In this document: one piece after another, positions 25,897 to 38,180 of the stretch | Position numbering within the stretch: the stretch's first letter is position 1 | How the letters are laid out: each line of letters begins with the position of its first letter | Assembly: GCA_025603075.1 (NCBI GenBank) | Contig: MU626341.1 | Location: forward strand, 25,153 to 89,152 | Source: Neoconidiobolus thromboides FSU 785 | Taxonomy: Eukaryota; Fungi; Entomophthoromycota | Direction of reading: 5' to 3' | DNA length: 64,000 nt | Notes under the pieces: generated by a model | Seen by the model: the letters and a program-made list of their open reading frames with translations, nothing else | What the model was told of the DNA's origin: nothing | The model's database searches: none | Translations under genes and position numbers: made by a program

Positions 25897-26440
25897 CTAT
25901 GTTTCGTAAATAACAGATTGGTAACATAGCAATCCTATTGTAACTATGATCGATCAAGGATAAACATCCTGATAAGAGATATCGGCTCATATTGTATCAT
26001 CGGATCTCATAATGTTAGGAATTAATCAACCACTAAAAAACACAGGAGCATTTGACATCATGTATTTTTCAACATTGGCTTTTCTGATAGAGATAGTAAC
26101 AATAGTTTGTATATCGTTTCCAAATATACAAGAAATTAAAATAATAACTGAAAAAGGGTAGCTCCCTGATATATTTCACTCCAGACAGTTACTAACCCTA
26201 AAATAGTACTCAGTGAATCAAATATTATTCTTCCCCAACCTAAAAGTTTATGGATTTTTCTACAAATTGGTCCATGGGATGGTATATGCAATAAATTCAA
26301 TATAAAAATCCCTGGAATTAATATATTACTAATCAGATGAACAATAAGAAATGATACAATCCCTTTATCAAAACAGTATGAACCACGAGAACAAATAAAT
26401 ATTAAAGAATAAATTACCCCGAACATGAGCCATATGTTAA
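25897..26440 (-). pseudogene. Decayed multi-TM membrane protein gene, DUF2306-like
   Basis: IVHLISNILIP...RKIHKLLGWGR...ILGL resembles the DUF2306 H...HRxLGR pattern; after a frameshift near 26150 it continues as SVIILISC...TISIRKANVEKY... with three in-frame TGA. Confidence 0.45.
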
Positions 26441-28002
26441 AACTTAATTTCTATATTGGAAGATTCTCTGAGTTTGATAGATTTCTATAAGTTCGAATTT
26501 ATCGGAACATGTACAAACAAATATACATTATTTTTGCTTATCTTCTTTAGTAATACTTCTATTTTCAAAAATTAAATCTTCATCAAAATCTTTATTTTCT
26601 ATGTTTTAATTTAGAGTCTAGTTTAAGCTTAGTTTAACTTAAAATAATCTTTTCATAAATCAACTAACCCACCTTGAATATTCATAATACATGAATACTT
26701 TACATTGTACATTCTTCGCTTTTATTTAATCATATATTGATATTTAAATAGGATTCATAGTGGTTTGAGTGAATTATATAAATAACAAAGAATACAAAGA
26801 ATACAAAGAATATATATAGTATACAATATGGAGGATTTGCTACAGTGTGATCATTTTTAAATATTCGAAGACCTTTTGTAGCCTTTATATTTATTAGGGT
26901 GTTAGGATAAACTTTTCTTGCTTCAATTAGAATTTTAGGTTTTTTATGTAGTATTATTTCTGGGGATTGATCTTTTAAGTAGTATACTTAGTCTAAAATT
27001 CCATAATATTACGGCTCACTTATCTAGAAGCATCCATTTAAAAATTGTCCAGATGCCATATTAACAACTTTTAACTATATGTAGTTTTTTTACTCCCAAA
27101 TACTATGATTACTTTATTTTGTTTTACGTCTCAAATGCAATCCCCCCTGTCTTTATAAACTGTTTTACAGCTACAGCAGCTCTATTGTGACACAATTTGT
27201 GGTAACTTTTAGTATCAGCTATATGCTTGTTTGATTTATTAGACCTCGATATTTAGACTCTAGTATCATTCTAGAAGAGCTTTCTTCTTAAATGAAAGGT
27301 TAGCTAGGCCGCAATAGGATTGCAGTAGCTGTAAGCTAAAAAAAATAACAATTGAAAACAAGTCAAGATCAAATCATAATTTAACACTAAATAAATTAAT
27401 ATGAATGTAGTTAACCTTGGTGTGAATAAATACATTAAAAATTATAAATATTTTTTAACCCCAAATTAAACTTACCTCAATTTCTCCCTTTGATCGCTAA
27501 TTAACTAACTACTTTCAAAAATTCCTTTAGAAATTAAATATTTGAGTTTTCACTTTGCACGATTTTAAATAAAAATAATTAAAGTTAATAAATTATCTAA
27601 AGATGGGTAAAATTCAATAAATTAGCAACTAAAATTAAAATTATATAGTTTGAGAAAATGATTAAAATAAATTAAGTCATTAATCGACTTTTATGTTTAA
27701 CTTTATGTTTTATAAATGCTATTAAAACATTAAACGTTATGCTATTATGACTATAGCAAATTTAATTTAAACAGCATGTAGGGCAATTTGTTTTAGTGTT
27801 TTAAACTTATCATTTCTAGTTTGAGGTACTAAAACTAATTGCTCTAAACATTGTTTAAATTTGATTTGTAGTAACAAAGCCTTTCACCCAACATGAGTGA
27901 AACCAGTATAAGGAAGAAACGAAACTATTCTGTCATTCAAATAATAATAGTATAAATAGCCCCAAAATTCTAACTCTCTTACAGCTTTATCCTATTTTAA
28001 AT

Positions 28003-28251
28003 ATGAAATTTTTATCAATTATTACTTTTGCCACTGCTACTATTTTAGCTGATACTGGCGCTTCTTCTGCCTCTTCAGCTGCTTCAGCTGTTTCTTCAGC
28101 TATTTCTTCAGCTATTTCTTCAGCTGCTTCTGCAGGCTCCGTTTCTGGTTCCAAAGCTGCTTCCAAAGCTACTTCCTTTGGTATGGCTGCTTCTACTAAT
28201 CCTTGGGTATATGCTGGTTTAGCTGGTATTTCAGCTTATTGTTTCCCTTAA
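28003..28251 (+). CDS. Small secreted Ser/Ala-rich protein, probable GPI-anchored peptide
   Basis: 82 aa: signal peptide MKFLSIITFATATILA, SSAI/SSAA 12-nt repeats, hydrophobic C-terminus; GC-richer than flanks with T-ending codon bias like the highly expressed genes. Confidence 0.75.
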   Translation: MKFLSIITFATATILADTGASSASSAASAVSSAISSAISSAASAGSVSGSKAASKATSFGMAASTNPWVYAGLAGISAYCFP

Positions 28252-28585
28252 GTATTTTAGATTATTAAGTTAATAAAAATGTTAATATACTAATTACTAT
28301 GTTCTTGGTTTTGTATATCTGAATTTAATTTTGTGGATAGTTGGATTTTAATCATCCTTTTATATTACGCTTTTATAACTATCAGCTTTTTTAAATTAAC
28401 AGTAATAAAACAAGTGGCAGGTTATTATCAAAGAGTGATGGCGTTGTAAAGTTGAAATATCGAATATTAGTAAATGACTGGTTATTACCCAGTGCTATGA
28501 TTGATAACTATTTGCAAAACCTGATAATAGTAGGATCAAAGGAAATTCTACTTTTGTAATGATTAATACAGTATTTTCATTAAAT

Positions 28586-28683
28586 GGGGATGTATTTTTG
28601 TGTTTAAGAATTTTACTAATAATTTTTCCGCCTAAATAGCGCTTAAAAATCGAAAAAATAATGAAGTCAAAAAAAACACTCCC
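28586..28683 (+). mobile_element. MITE copy
   Basis: Full-length; AAAT/AAAT flanks. Confidence 0.9.
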
Positions 28684-28899
28684 AAATAGTAGTTATAAAA
28701 AAGTAAAGTGTAACTTAAACAGTTATTTAGAAAGTCAACAATTTTTCAAAAAATATCCCATACTTTAGATTATATAAAAATTAATAGCTAATAAAGCCTA
28801 GTTGAGTATAAATAAACAAAATAGAATATCCTCAAAAAGTATTTTTATATAAATTAATAAAAACTAGTACCTATTTAAGTAATAATTCTTGAAAATAAC

Positions 28900-30416
28900 T
28901 TGAGAATGACTAATATAATATATTTACTAATTATATCACTACCACTTCTAGAAAATATAATTGAACTTATATTTTTAAAATAGGATAACACAAAATTAAC
29001 AAGATAGACTGAATTTATACAAAACTGATTATTCTAAATGACATTATCTACTAGGTTAGATTGAGCACCCGATTCTTTATAATTGCCAGCTGTATTATCG
29101 ATATCAAAATTACAACCAGTAAATTTCAAGTTATTTAGTTAGACATAATATAGGTAAAACTCGAAAAACTTAGTATCTGATATAACATTTATCAAGTTTT
29201 AATATGATTGAATTAGCTTTTTTGAGGATAATTTTCTTTTATCAGTAGCAATAAATTATTCCCCCTTTTAATATCTAAATAGACAAGTGCTATCGTATTT
29301 GATATGTAATAAAAGATGTGCTGTAATATAATTATAAAGTCTACATGTTAAATACTTTTAAAAACAATTGATTGTTAATTTTTATTCTTATCAAATGGGG
29401 ATGTGTTTTTTTAAGTATTTTTCCATTTTTTAAGCGCTATTTGAGTGGAAAGATTGTAGTAAAATTATGAAACTAAAAAAACAGCCCCAAATAGTTTATT
29501 TGATTCTAGTTTTTTTAAATTAAATATTCCATAAAATAATACTGTAGAGCTATAAGCAATATAAAGTATGTTAAGCTTTGAATAACTATATAAATTAAAA
29601 CAAATACCTCCTGAACACTCTTCATTAATATATTTAACAAGTAATTGATTTAAGTTTGGAAATAATTTGTCCAGTAGACGATCAAGTCTACAATCTCTGG
29701 TATTAATATGAATCAACAGCTTTTTTGAATCACTAAATCTGTTGAAGAGATTTCCAAAATATACTTATATACCAATATGGCATTTTCAATATACTTAAGT
29801 AATAGTCAATGGTAAACTGGATGGTACTACACTTGTAAAGTAACTGTATACTTCATGAACATCTAAATAGTTTGTTTTTCAATCATTCTTTTATATAAAT
29901 CTTATGACTCAAAATATAGTCTTTCATTGTCCTATTGTCAATTACAATTATATAATATAAATTTATTAATATATTATATTTTAAATCAAGTTGATTTTTT
30001 ATATAATAAGTTAGAAATAAACAAAGCTTCTTGCAATTCGAATACATCAATGAAGAGATTGATAAATCCAATCAACTGCTAAAGTTTATAGATTTGACAT
30101 AATATCCATATTTCTTAAAGTCATTATATAACTGTTTTTTATAACGATAGTGGCAATATTCATAGTTCGATATCATATCTTCCCATAATATTGGGAATAT
30201 TATTTTATTCTTTACAGCAAACAAGTAAGTTGAGTCTATCTTTACTTGAATAAAGATGCTTGAGTTCTTTAAGTACCTTGATTCCAAGTTTTGAGTTGAG
30301 ACTTTGTAGTCATATTTTCTTAAAGTAAAAAAGACAGTAGCTTCATCATTTGTTAAACTTATACCCTTCAAGTCAATAGAGTTCTTATAAACTAAAATAA
30401 TAAACTGAAGTTGCAA
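28900..30416 (-). pseudogene. F-box/LRR-like pseudogene; left boundary approximate
   Basis: Contiguous frame 30416-29883 broken by TGA; F-box-like YLKNSSIF...IIFPILW and KKYGYYVKSINF, LRR-like VPSSLPLTI; stops, frameshifts and a MITE insertion. Confidence 0.4.
29397..29488. mobile_element. Rearranged MITE with two right-type ends
   Basis: Core in reverse orientation but ends in ATGAAACTAAAAAAACAGCCCC; AAAT/AAAT flanks intact. Confidence 0.75.
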
Positions 30417-31053
30417 TTTATAATTTGTTTATGATTTGTTTAAAGTTATTAGTATGAATGATAGGTTTTGTATTTAGTATAAAGATAAAAAGGTATATGT
30501 GTCTATACTGGATTCAATGGTTAGGGGGCTTTGTGCTTTGTTAGTCTAAAATAAGATGTTAAGGGTAGAAGACATTAAGGTGGGACAAATTATATAGTGG
30601 GCGGGTTTTACAAGAGTTAATGAAAGCCACCATAAAACCAGCAACAACAGTCATAAAAGTAGGTACCAAGAATTTAATAGTATTGTTTTTGTTGTGGGAA
30701 AGTCTATTTTACATAGATTTTAAGATTATTAAGTTTTGCCAACAAAATGAAAACTTAATGAAGAAAAGTGACAATACAAATTGTTCCATTAGTTACAGCT
30801 GCATAAGTTCACATATGCGTTGGGTAATTACTCATTTAAGAATAAAGCTTTGAAATTAACTAGTAAATTTAAGGAATAAGCGACTTATTGGTTATATAAT
30901 TTAATATAACCTAATGCACAATCGAACTTTAGCAGTTAGAATTGAATTCCAATTTATAAAGTAGCGAAATTAGATTATAAAAAGGGAAAGAACATGATTT
31001 AGTGATGAAAATAAAAAATTGATTAAATAAAGTGGAGAAATTTAAATTAAAAG

Positions 31054-33729
31054 ACGGATAAAAAAAACAACACTATTTATCTTTTATATTTTATTTTATT
31101 GTTGTTATTCCATATATTATCTACCAAGATGACAAAAACAAAACAAGGTTTGTTTATTAACAGCTTTCCATCGACTTATTATAGATTACTCATATTTCAT
31201 CTTATAGATTACATTGTAACTTCATTACCTTATGTTAATGATTATTTTATTTCCGATAATAAACAATATGCTGGTGAAATTGAGTTATTTAATAAAGTAA
31301 ATTATTTCTTTTGGTTATTTACAAAAAACAAACCTAGAGGAAAATTGGTAAGTTATTAGTATTATTTCTATAATATAAAGAGATTAATTTGGTCTTCTCT
31401 TTTTTTTGCTAATATTAAATAGTTGATTTGGTTAAACGGTGGTATGTTTTAAATTATTTTTTACTTAAAGAAAAAGTTTTTAATGATGATAAATTTTTTA
31501 TTAGGTCCTGGTTGGTAAACTTACAATATACTGCAGCAATTCAAAAAACTTACTAAATTTTTACAATCATTTCAACTTAATCAAAATAATAGTACAAGGT
31601 AAATTTCATTACCTTGGCTCGTATTTATCCTCACTCCTCTAATCCTCTTAATTTTAGTGCTGATGGGCCCTTATTAGAAAAAGGTATTTTTGATATGGAA
31701 CCTAGTTTAAAAGGCGAAAATTATAAAATCAAAACAAGAGAAAATGGATGGCATTCTTTTGTAGATGTATTGGCAATTGATCAACCTTTAGGCACTGGCT
31801 ATTCTAATGGTTTAGACCAATTTTATTCAAAGACAATTGATGAGGTAAGTTAATTTTTTAAAATAGAAACATCGATATATGATTTGAGATTATTAGAAGG
31901 GTCTAATTATTTTTTGTTGGTATTTAGGCAGCATATTATTTTGAGACATTTTTGACTAAATTTTTATATTTATTTCCAGAATATCAAAATAGTGAGGTAA
32001 AAATAATACTGTAATAGTAGTTTTAATGTTTTATTTATTTTATTTGTTAGATTTATATTGGTGGTGAATCTTATGCTGGTGTTTGGATACCTGCTTTTAG
32101 TCATCGATTATTAAATAGGGAGGATAATAAGGTAAACAATGTAATAAATCACAATATTAGCACATTGTTAATATTTTTTAACTATTGTTAGTTAAATATT
32201 AAAGGTTTAATGATTGGGAATGGGTGGATGGATTCTAAGAATCAAGTAAATAATAATATATTATAATATAGAGCATATTTTAATATAATACAATAATAAC
32301 CAGTATCCAGGAATATTAGATTATGTCAAAAAATATAATGTATTAGATGAAAGAGATATGGTAATCATTATTTAATTTAATGTAAATATAATAGTACGTT
32401 TTGATTTTAATATTTCATTTATCTTAGTTAAAATTTGAAGAAATAAGTTATACCTGTTTTAAACATTTAAAGTCACTTACTATGAACCCAATTTCAATAC
32501 CAGTTTGCGATACTATGTTAAATACTGTTACAGAATTAAGTGATACAGCGTAAGTTATATTGTACTATAACATAAAATATCAGATAGGCATATAATAATA
32601 ACAAATAACAATACAATACTAATAAGATAGTAACACTAACATGATGACTTTATTTTAATTAGTAAAATGGAGGGCTCCAAGACATGCATAAATTTATATG
32701 ACAGACGATTAATTGATAATTATCCGGATTGTGGTATGGGTTGGCCGCCTAATGTTAATGCATTTCATAGTTATATGTCAGTAAGTAAAAACAAAACAAT
32801 GATACTAGTATAATAACGCATACATTAATATATTATAATATACATTTTATTAGGAAAAAAAAGTATCTAAAGCATTAAATACTCATCAACCAAAAGGAGG
32901 ATGGACCGAATGTAATAATGATGTTATGAAATATTTAAAAACAGAAAATATCAATTCAACTATTGATTATTTGCCCAGTTTATTAGATAAATTAGAAATA
33001 TTATTATTTGTGTAAATTTATTAATACAAAAATAATATCTATCTACAATACTAATATATTAACAATTTTATTTAATATAGCGGAGATCAAGATATTATGG
33101 TGAACTATATAGGGGTAGAATATATGATAAACAATCTAACTAACAGTAATATTAATCAACAAGATAAAAAATATATTGGTAACAATAATAATATAATGGA
33201 TGGAGAATTATTACAAAATGAAAGTTTATACTATGTTAAATTATTTAATGGTAGTCATATGGTATCCTATGATTTACCAGAACAAACTAGTAATTTATTT
33301 AATTGGTTTATTAATCGTAATGAAAATCAACAATTTTTGACAGAGGAGAAAGGAGGTAAGCAATTGTTTAATACGTTTTAATATGCTCAATGTTTATTTT
33401 CACTTTATTTTTAGGTAATAATTTATTAAGATCAATTAAAAATTTCAATTCAAATAACAATAATAATAACGAAGATGGTAGTTTATCAACAATGGATATA
33501 AGGTAACTAAGTCATACTCTAAGCCAATCTATTATTTATTAATATATTTCATTATTATAGTATTATTAGTATCAGTAGTGTCACTGTATTATTATTATTA
33601 CTATTTTTAATCTTTTGGAAATGGAATACCAATCGAAAACAAAGTCAGGATAAAGAATTGTTATTACAAAGAGAAGCGGAAAGTAATTTATCTGAGGATC
33701 CAATGGAAGAAGACATTGAATTAAGATGA
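31054..33729 (+). CDS. KEX1: Kex1-type serine carboxypeptidase (S10) with C-terminal TM segment, many exons
   Basis: DYIVTSLP, YFFWLF, WLNGGPGCTSADG, IDQPLGTGYS, GESYAG (catalytic Ser), DQDIMVN (Asp), GSHMVSYD (His), TM ISSVTVLLLLLFLIFW; start assigned to ACG 31054 (see findings). Confidence 0.88.
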
Positions 33730-33830
33730 CCATAAATTAAAATAAAATAAACCAAATGTAAGAATAAAAACACGTTGATTTTCAATTACATATTTCATTA
33801 TATTTTATTCTTTATATTTCTCTATACTCA

Positions 33831-34893
33831 TTATAAATAAAAACAAAAAAGATCATAACAAAACCAAGATATTGCTGAAGAAAATGATTTTCTTAAACAA
33901 CGTAATAAAAATCCTTTATAAAACGTATTTATAAATGTCAGCTTATTTCCATTACTTGATTGATAAATATATCTTATTCCCTTTAAGAAATTAGGATATT
34001 GCTTTGGTTCTAATTGGACTTTAGTTTTTAAATAATCAAAAGGTTGAGTAATTCCATTTGCTAATAGCCCACTTGTTATACCTAATTAATTATTAATGTA
34101 TGCTCTATATAGTACTATAATAATAATATTTTACCAGCCAATAAATTAATTTTAAAATTAGGTGTTTTTCCTTCTCTTTCTTTTTCCCCAAACAATTTCC
34201 CAAACGCCACTTTATTATTAAAATAAAAATGAGTATATAATCCAGCATATGGTGCATCTCGAATAAAAGTGACTAAAAATCCATTAAAAAATCCCTTAAC
34301 TCCATTTAATTGATAAATATTTTTGACTGCTCCACGTATCGTTTTAACTGTTGAATATTGTTCACTTTCAATTCTTAATTTGACCATAGTAATTGGATTG
34401 AGTAAGAGTCCTATGCTACCTCGGGCTAAACCCCCGGCAGCAAGATTTTGATAAGAAGATAAAGTAGTGGGGAGTAACATGTGTTTTTTTAAGTATTCAA
34501 AAGTGTAAAAGTACAAACCCATACCAGGTACATTTCTATTATTAGATGATGGATTAGTTATGGTAAGTTGATATTTAATAGAAAATTACCTTAGTAAAGT
34601 AGCACTTGTACCAGACCATAAACCTAATACACCTTCCATTTTTAAAACTCTACGTAAGCTATGGAAGATACGTCTAAAAAGACAAAATGATTAATTATTT
34701 ATTGAATAGTTTAAATTAGTATGAGTACTTACTTATCTTTATAATAAACATCATTTTGTATTCTTGTTTTTAGTAAATCTAAAGGTTGAAATAAAATACA
34801 AGTAATAAAACCAGATAAACTACCAATTAATAAAGTTTTGTTTTTATTAATAGGTTTGATTGTTGTTGTTGAAGTTGTTGTTGTAGCTGCCAT
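33831..34893 (-). CDS. HEM25: Mitochondrial glycine carrier Hem25/SLC25A38
   Basis: Three carrier signatures (QPLDLLKTRIQ, NPITMVKLRIE, QPFDYLKTKVQ), IRDAPYAGLY and RKSFSSAISW. Confidence 0.88.
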
Positions 34894-35153
34894 GATTTAT
34901 TCTATATCTTTTTTTTTGAATTGATTTTGCGATTGAGATGGAATTTGATTTTATTAACTTTAAGGGATAAGCGAAATTTAGAAATTAAATTTTCAATAAA
35001 ATTCTATTTTTAAATCAAACTCTCAGTTCGATTCCAATAAAAATTCGTCATGCTTGAATAATTTGAAATAAAAGCGAAATCTATCGATTGACATAAAACT
35101 ACAAAAATTCAAAACAAATCGATTTTATTTTAATTTAAATTCAATTTAGTAAT

Positions 35154-37507
35154 ATGTCAACCCAAGAAAAACCAACCAAAACGGTCGCTATTATAGGGGC
35201 TGGACTAGTGGGTAGTTTAGCCTCGGTTTATTTTGCTATTCATGGTTATCAAGTAAACATCTATGATAAAAGACCAGGTAAAATGAATTATCCGTTTATT
35301 CCCTTTTTTATTTAAAACCTTACTGATCTTCGTTTCTTCTTTAGATATTCGTAACAAAGCGAATGCTGATAAACTCAACAAGCGCTCTATTAATTTAGCT
35401 TTATCTCATCGCGGTATTTCTGCGTTGAAAAAAAGTGGTTTAAATTTAGATAAATTAATTTTAAAAAATTGTATACCAATGAAAGGACGAATGATTCATG
35501 ACCTTAATGGTAATCAAACAAGTCAAGCTTATGGAACGGAAGAGCAGGTAAGTATATGATTTTTTATTTTATTTTATTTTATTTTATTTTATTTAAAAAA
35601 GAAAAAGAAAAGAAAGTATTAATATTTATTAAATAATTTTTAGTTTATTAATTCTGTTGATCGTGGTTTATTAAATGAAAAATTATTAACGGAGGCATTA
35701 AATTTTGATAACGTTCAAGTTTATTTTGAATATCAATTAGTATCTATGGATTTAGATAATACTGAATTAAAATTTAAAGTGTAAGTTTATCCTCTTTTCT
35801 CTTCTCCTTAATAACCCCTTCTATTTAGTAATGATAATTTTGAACATGTGAAAGCTGATTTTATCATTGGTTGTGATGGTGCCTATTCTAAAATTCGACA
35901 AGAAATGATGAAAAAAGTGAACTTAAATTATTCCCAAGAATACATTGAACATGTTTATTGTGAATTAACGATACCGCCTCAAATACTAGAAGATAACACA
36001 AAAGAATACAAAATGAACCCTAATCATTTACATATTTGGCCAAGACATTCGTATATGATGATTGCATTACCTAATTTAGTAAGTTATTAAGACTATTAAT
36101 AGTTTAAATTAGGATGATTTAACAATGTATTGACTTTTACTTATTTAAATATAGGATAAATCATTTACTTGTACCTTATTTGGACCTAAACAACAAATTG
36201 ATGCTATTAAAACGGAAACTCAATTATTTAGTTTATTTTCCAAAGATTTAGCTGATTCCATTGGTTTAATTGGTTGGAATAATTTAGCTAAAGAATATTT
36301 TCAAAATCCAAAGGGTAGTTTATTGAGCGTTAAAGTAAGTATTATTAATATTATAAATTTATTCAATTAGTTTATTTATTTATTTTTACTTACACTCTCT
36401 ATCTTTTAGTGTAGCCCTCACCATTACAAAGAAAAGTGTATTTTATTGGGTGATTCTGCTCATTGTATGGTACCTTTTTATGGTCAAGGTATGAATTGTG
36501 GTTTTGAAGATGTAGAAACTTTATTTAGTATCATGGATGAATTTGATTTACATGATAAATCTCTCACTTCTAGTGAATTTTGTAGTAAGTTAGAAAAGGT
36601 ATTTAATACATATAGTGAAACCCGGGTAAAAGATACCCATGCTATCTGTGATTTAGCTTTATATAATTATACTGAAATGCGTTCCTCAGTAACCTCTTAT
36701 GGTTATTTAATACGCAAAAAAGTAGAAGCTTGGTTACATAAATTGATTCCTGATAGTGTTATTCCATTATATACCATGGTTTCATTTTCTTCTATTCCTT
36801 ATTCTCAAGCCATCAAAAAATGGAAATTCCAAACAAAATTATTAAAATGGTTAGGATATGTTGTGAGTGCAGCTATCATATTAGTTGTTTATCTTAATAG
36901 AAATCGATTATTGGACTGGTCACCATTAAGGGGATTATTAGCCGCTAATCAACCAAAGCCTTTACCTCGAAGTTCAATTAAACCTATTAAAGAAGGACTA
37001 GATTCCATCGTTGGTGGATCTATTAAACCAATTAAAGAAGGGTTAGATTCATTGGTTGGCGTTGATGTAGTCAAAACAGCAGAAAAAGCTTATCAATCCA
37101 TTTTTGATTATATTAAATCCTATTCCCCTTATTTTTATTTATGTTTGATTATGGATTATTTTTATCAACTGAAGTTGAGAGAGTATTTTTTAAAGTCTAT
37201 TTCAAATATCAAGAGTTCTTTTTTTTATTTTAAGAGCTCTATTATTAACTATTATAATGTTTTTTATTCTATGATAAAAAGACCAAACGGGATCAGAGTA
37301 ATTAATTATGGCTATTTAAATATCAAGAGAAGTGTAAGAGAAACACTGAAGTATTTGAAATTATCAAAAACTTTAAAAAATAGAATTATTAGTATAAAAG
37401 TTAAATTAAATTTATTTATAAGATATATTGGATTATTTAAAAGATTAGCTCAATTACAATTATTAGTTAAAAATCGTTTAAAAAGTTTCAAAGGATACAT
37501 TTATTAA
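35154..37507 (+). CDS. BNA4: Kynurenine 3-monooxygenase with long C-terminal extension, multi-exon
   Basis: VAIIGAGLVGSL, RSINLALSHRG, CIPMKGRMIHD, GCDGAYSKIR, LHIWPRHSYMMIALPN, GDSAHCMVPFYGQGMNCGFED, IPLYTMVSFS. Confidence 0.95.
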
Positions 37508-38180
37508 AGAACAAATAATGTCAGTTTACTCAAAGTTTTCAAGAAAGTAAGTGTGAATGTAAATGGTTTTATAGAAAAGGGAAATTATTTTGTTTATATA
37601 ACGTTGAATAAGCTTGGTTTAATTAAAGGTTTATGGAAGAGCTATGATTTGAGTGTTATTTGAAAGTAATAGGAGTTTATATTTTTACATTAAGTACTAG
37701 ATTTAGTGTATTTATTCTAAGCTATATTAAAGTATTATATTCATATATTCAATTATTATTAATTAAATTGAATTTGTCAACTTGTCTACAACAGGATTGT
37801 GTTTTTATTCAAAGCTATGTAAAAAGGTTATTTTCATCTCTAAATTTGTTTTTAATAAGATATGGTTTATTAGGACGTTCAAGTCAATTTCTATTATTTA
37901 CTCAAAGTTATTTCAATACAGTTATTACCTATATTTACTCAATAGTAAACAAATCTAACCTATTAAGGCATATAATTAATGGCTATGTCTATATACAAAG
38001 TTTTATTATAAACACATTCATTCGATATCTTTACTAAGTGATAATAAGCTTAATATTTTTAACTCATTTATTCAATTATAATTATTAATATTAAGTTATA
38101 TTAAATTATTAAATCAATTTATTATTAATGCTCAAAGTTATTTAAGTCCACCTTATTAGTATTTTCGTTAATATTAAATG
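37508..38180 (+). other. Degenerate repetitive hydrophobic reading frame continuing past the BNA4 stop
   Basis: 51 open codons after TAA 37505, then a shift into ORF 37660-38037; LNLFLIRYGLLGRSSQFLL...TYIY repeats LNLFIRYIGLFKRLAQLQLL...GYIY of the BNA4 tail. Confidence 0.4.

Noticed and set aside
26787-26815. Short tandem repeats (ACAAAGAAT)x3 here, (TTTTA)n in a BNA4 intron, and a duplication at 46130-46160
   Set aside because: Ordinary slippage repeats with no further structure.
26940-27360. RIP-mutated ORF (minus frame with many TAA/TAG in Gln-plausible contexts)
   Set aside because: About ten stops in ~150 codons is what random AT-rich DNA gives, and no protein family was recognised.
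25897-30416. Selenocysteine recoding of the in-frame TGAs
   Set aside because: The host sequences are not selenoprotein families, no SECIS-like structure was seen, and frameshifts accompany the stops.
30620-30853. Short ORFs 30620-30853, 49127-49363 and 55134-55328
   Set aside because: Low-complexity AT-rich frames without recognisable motifs or splice support.
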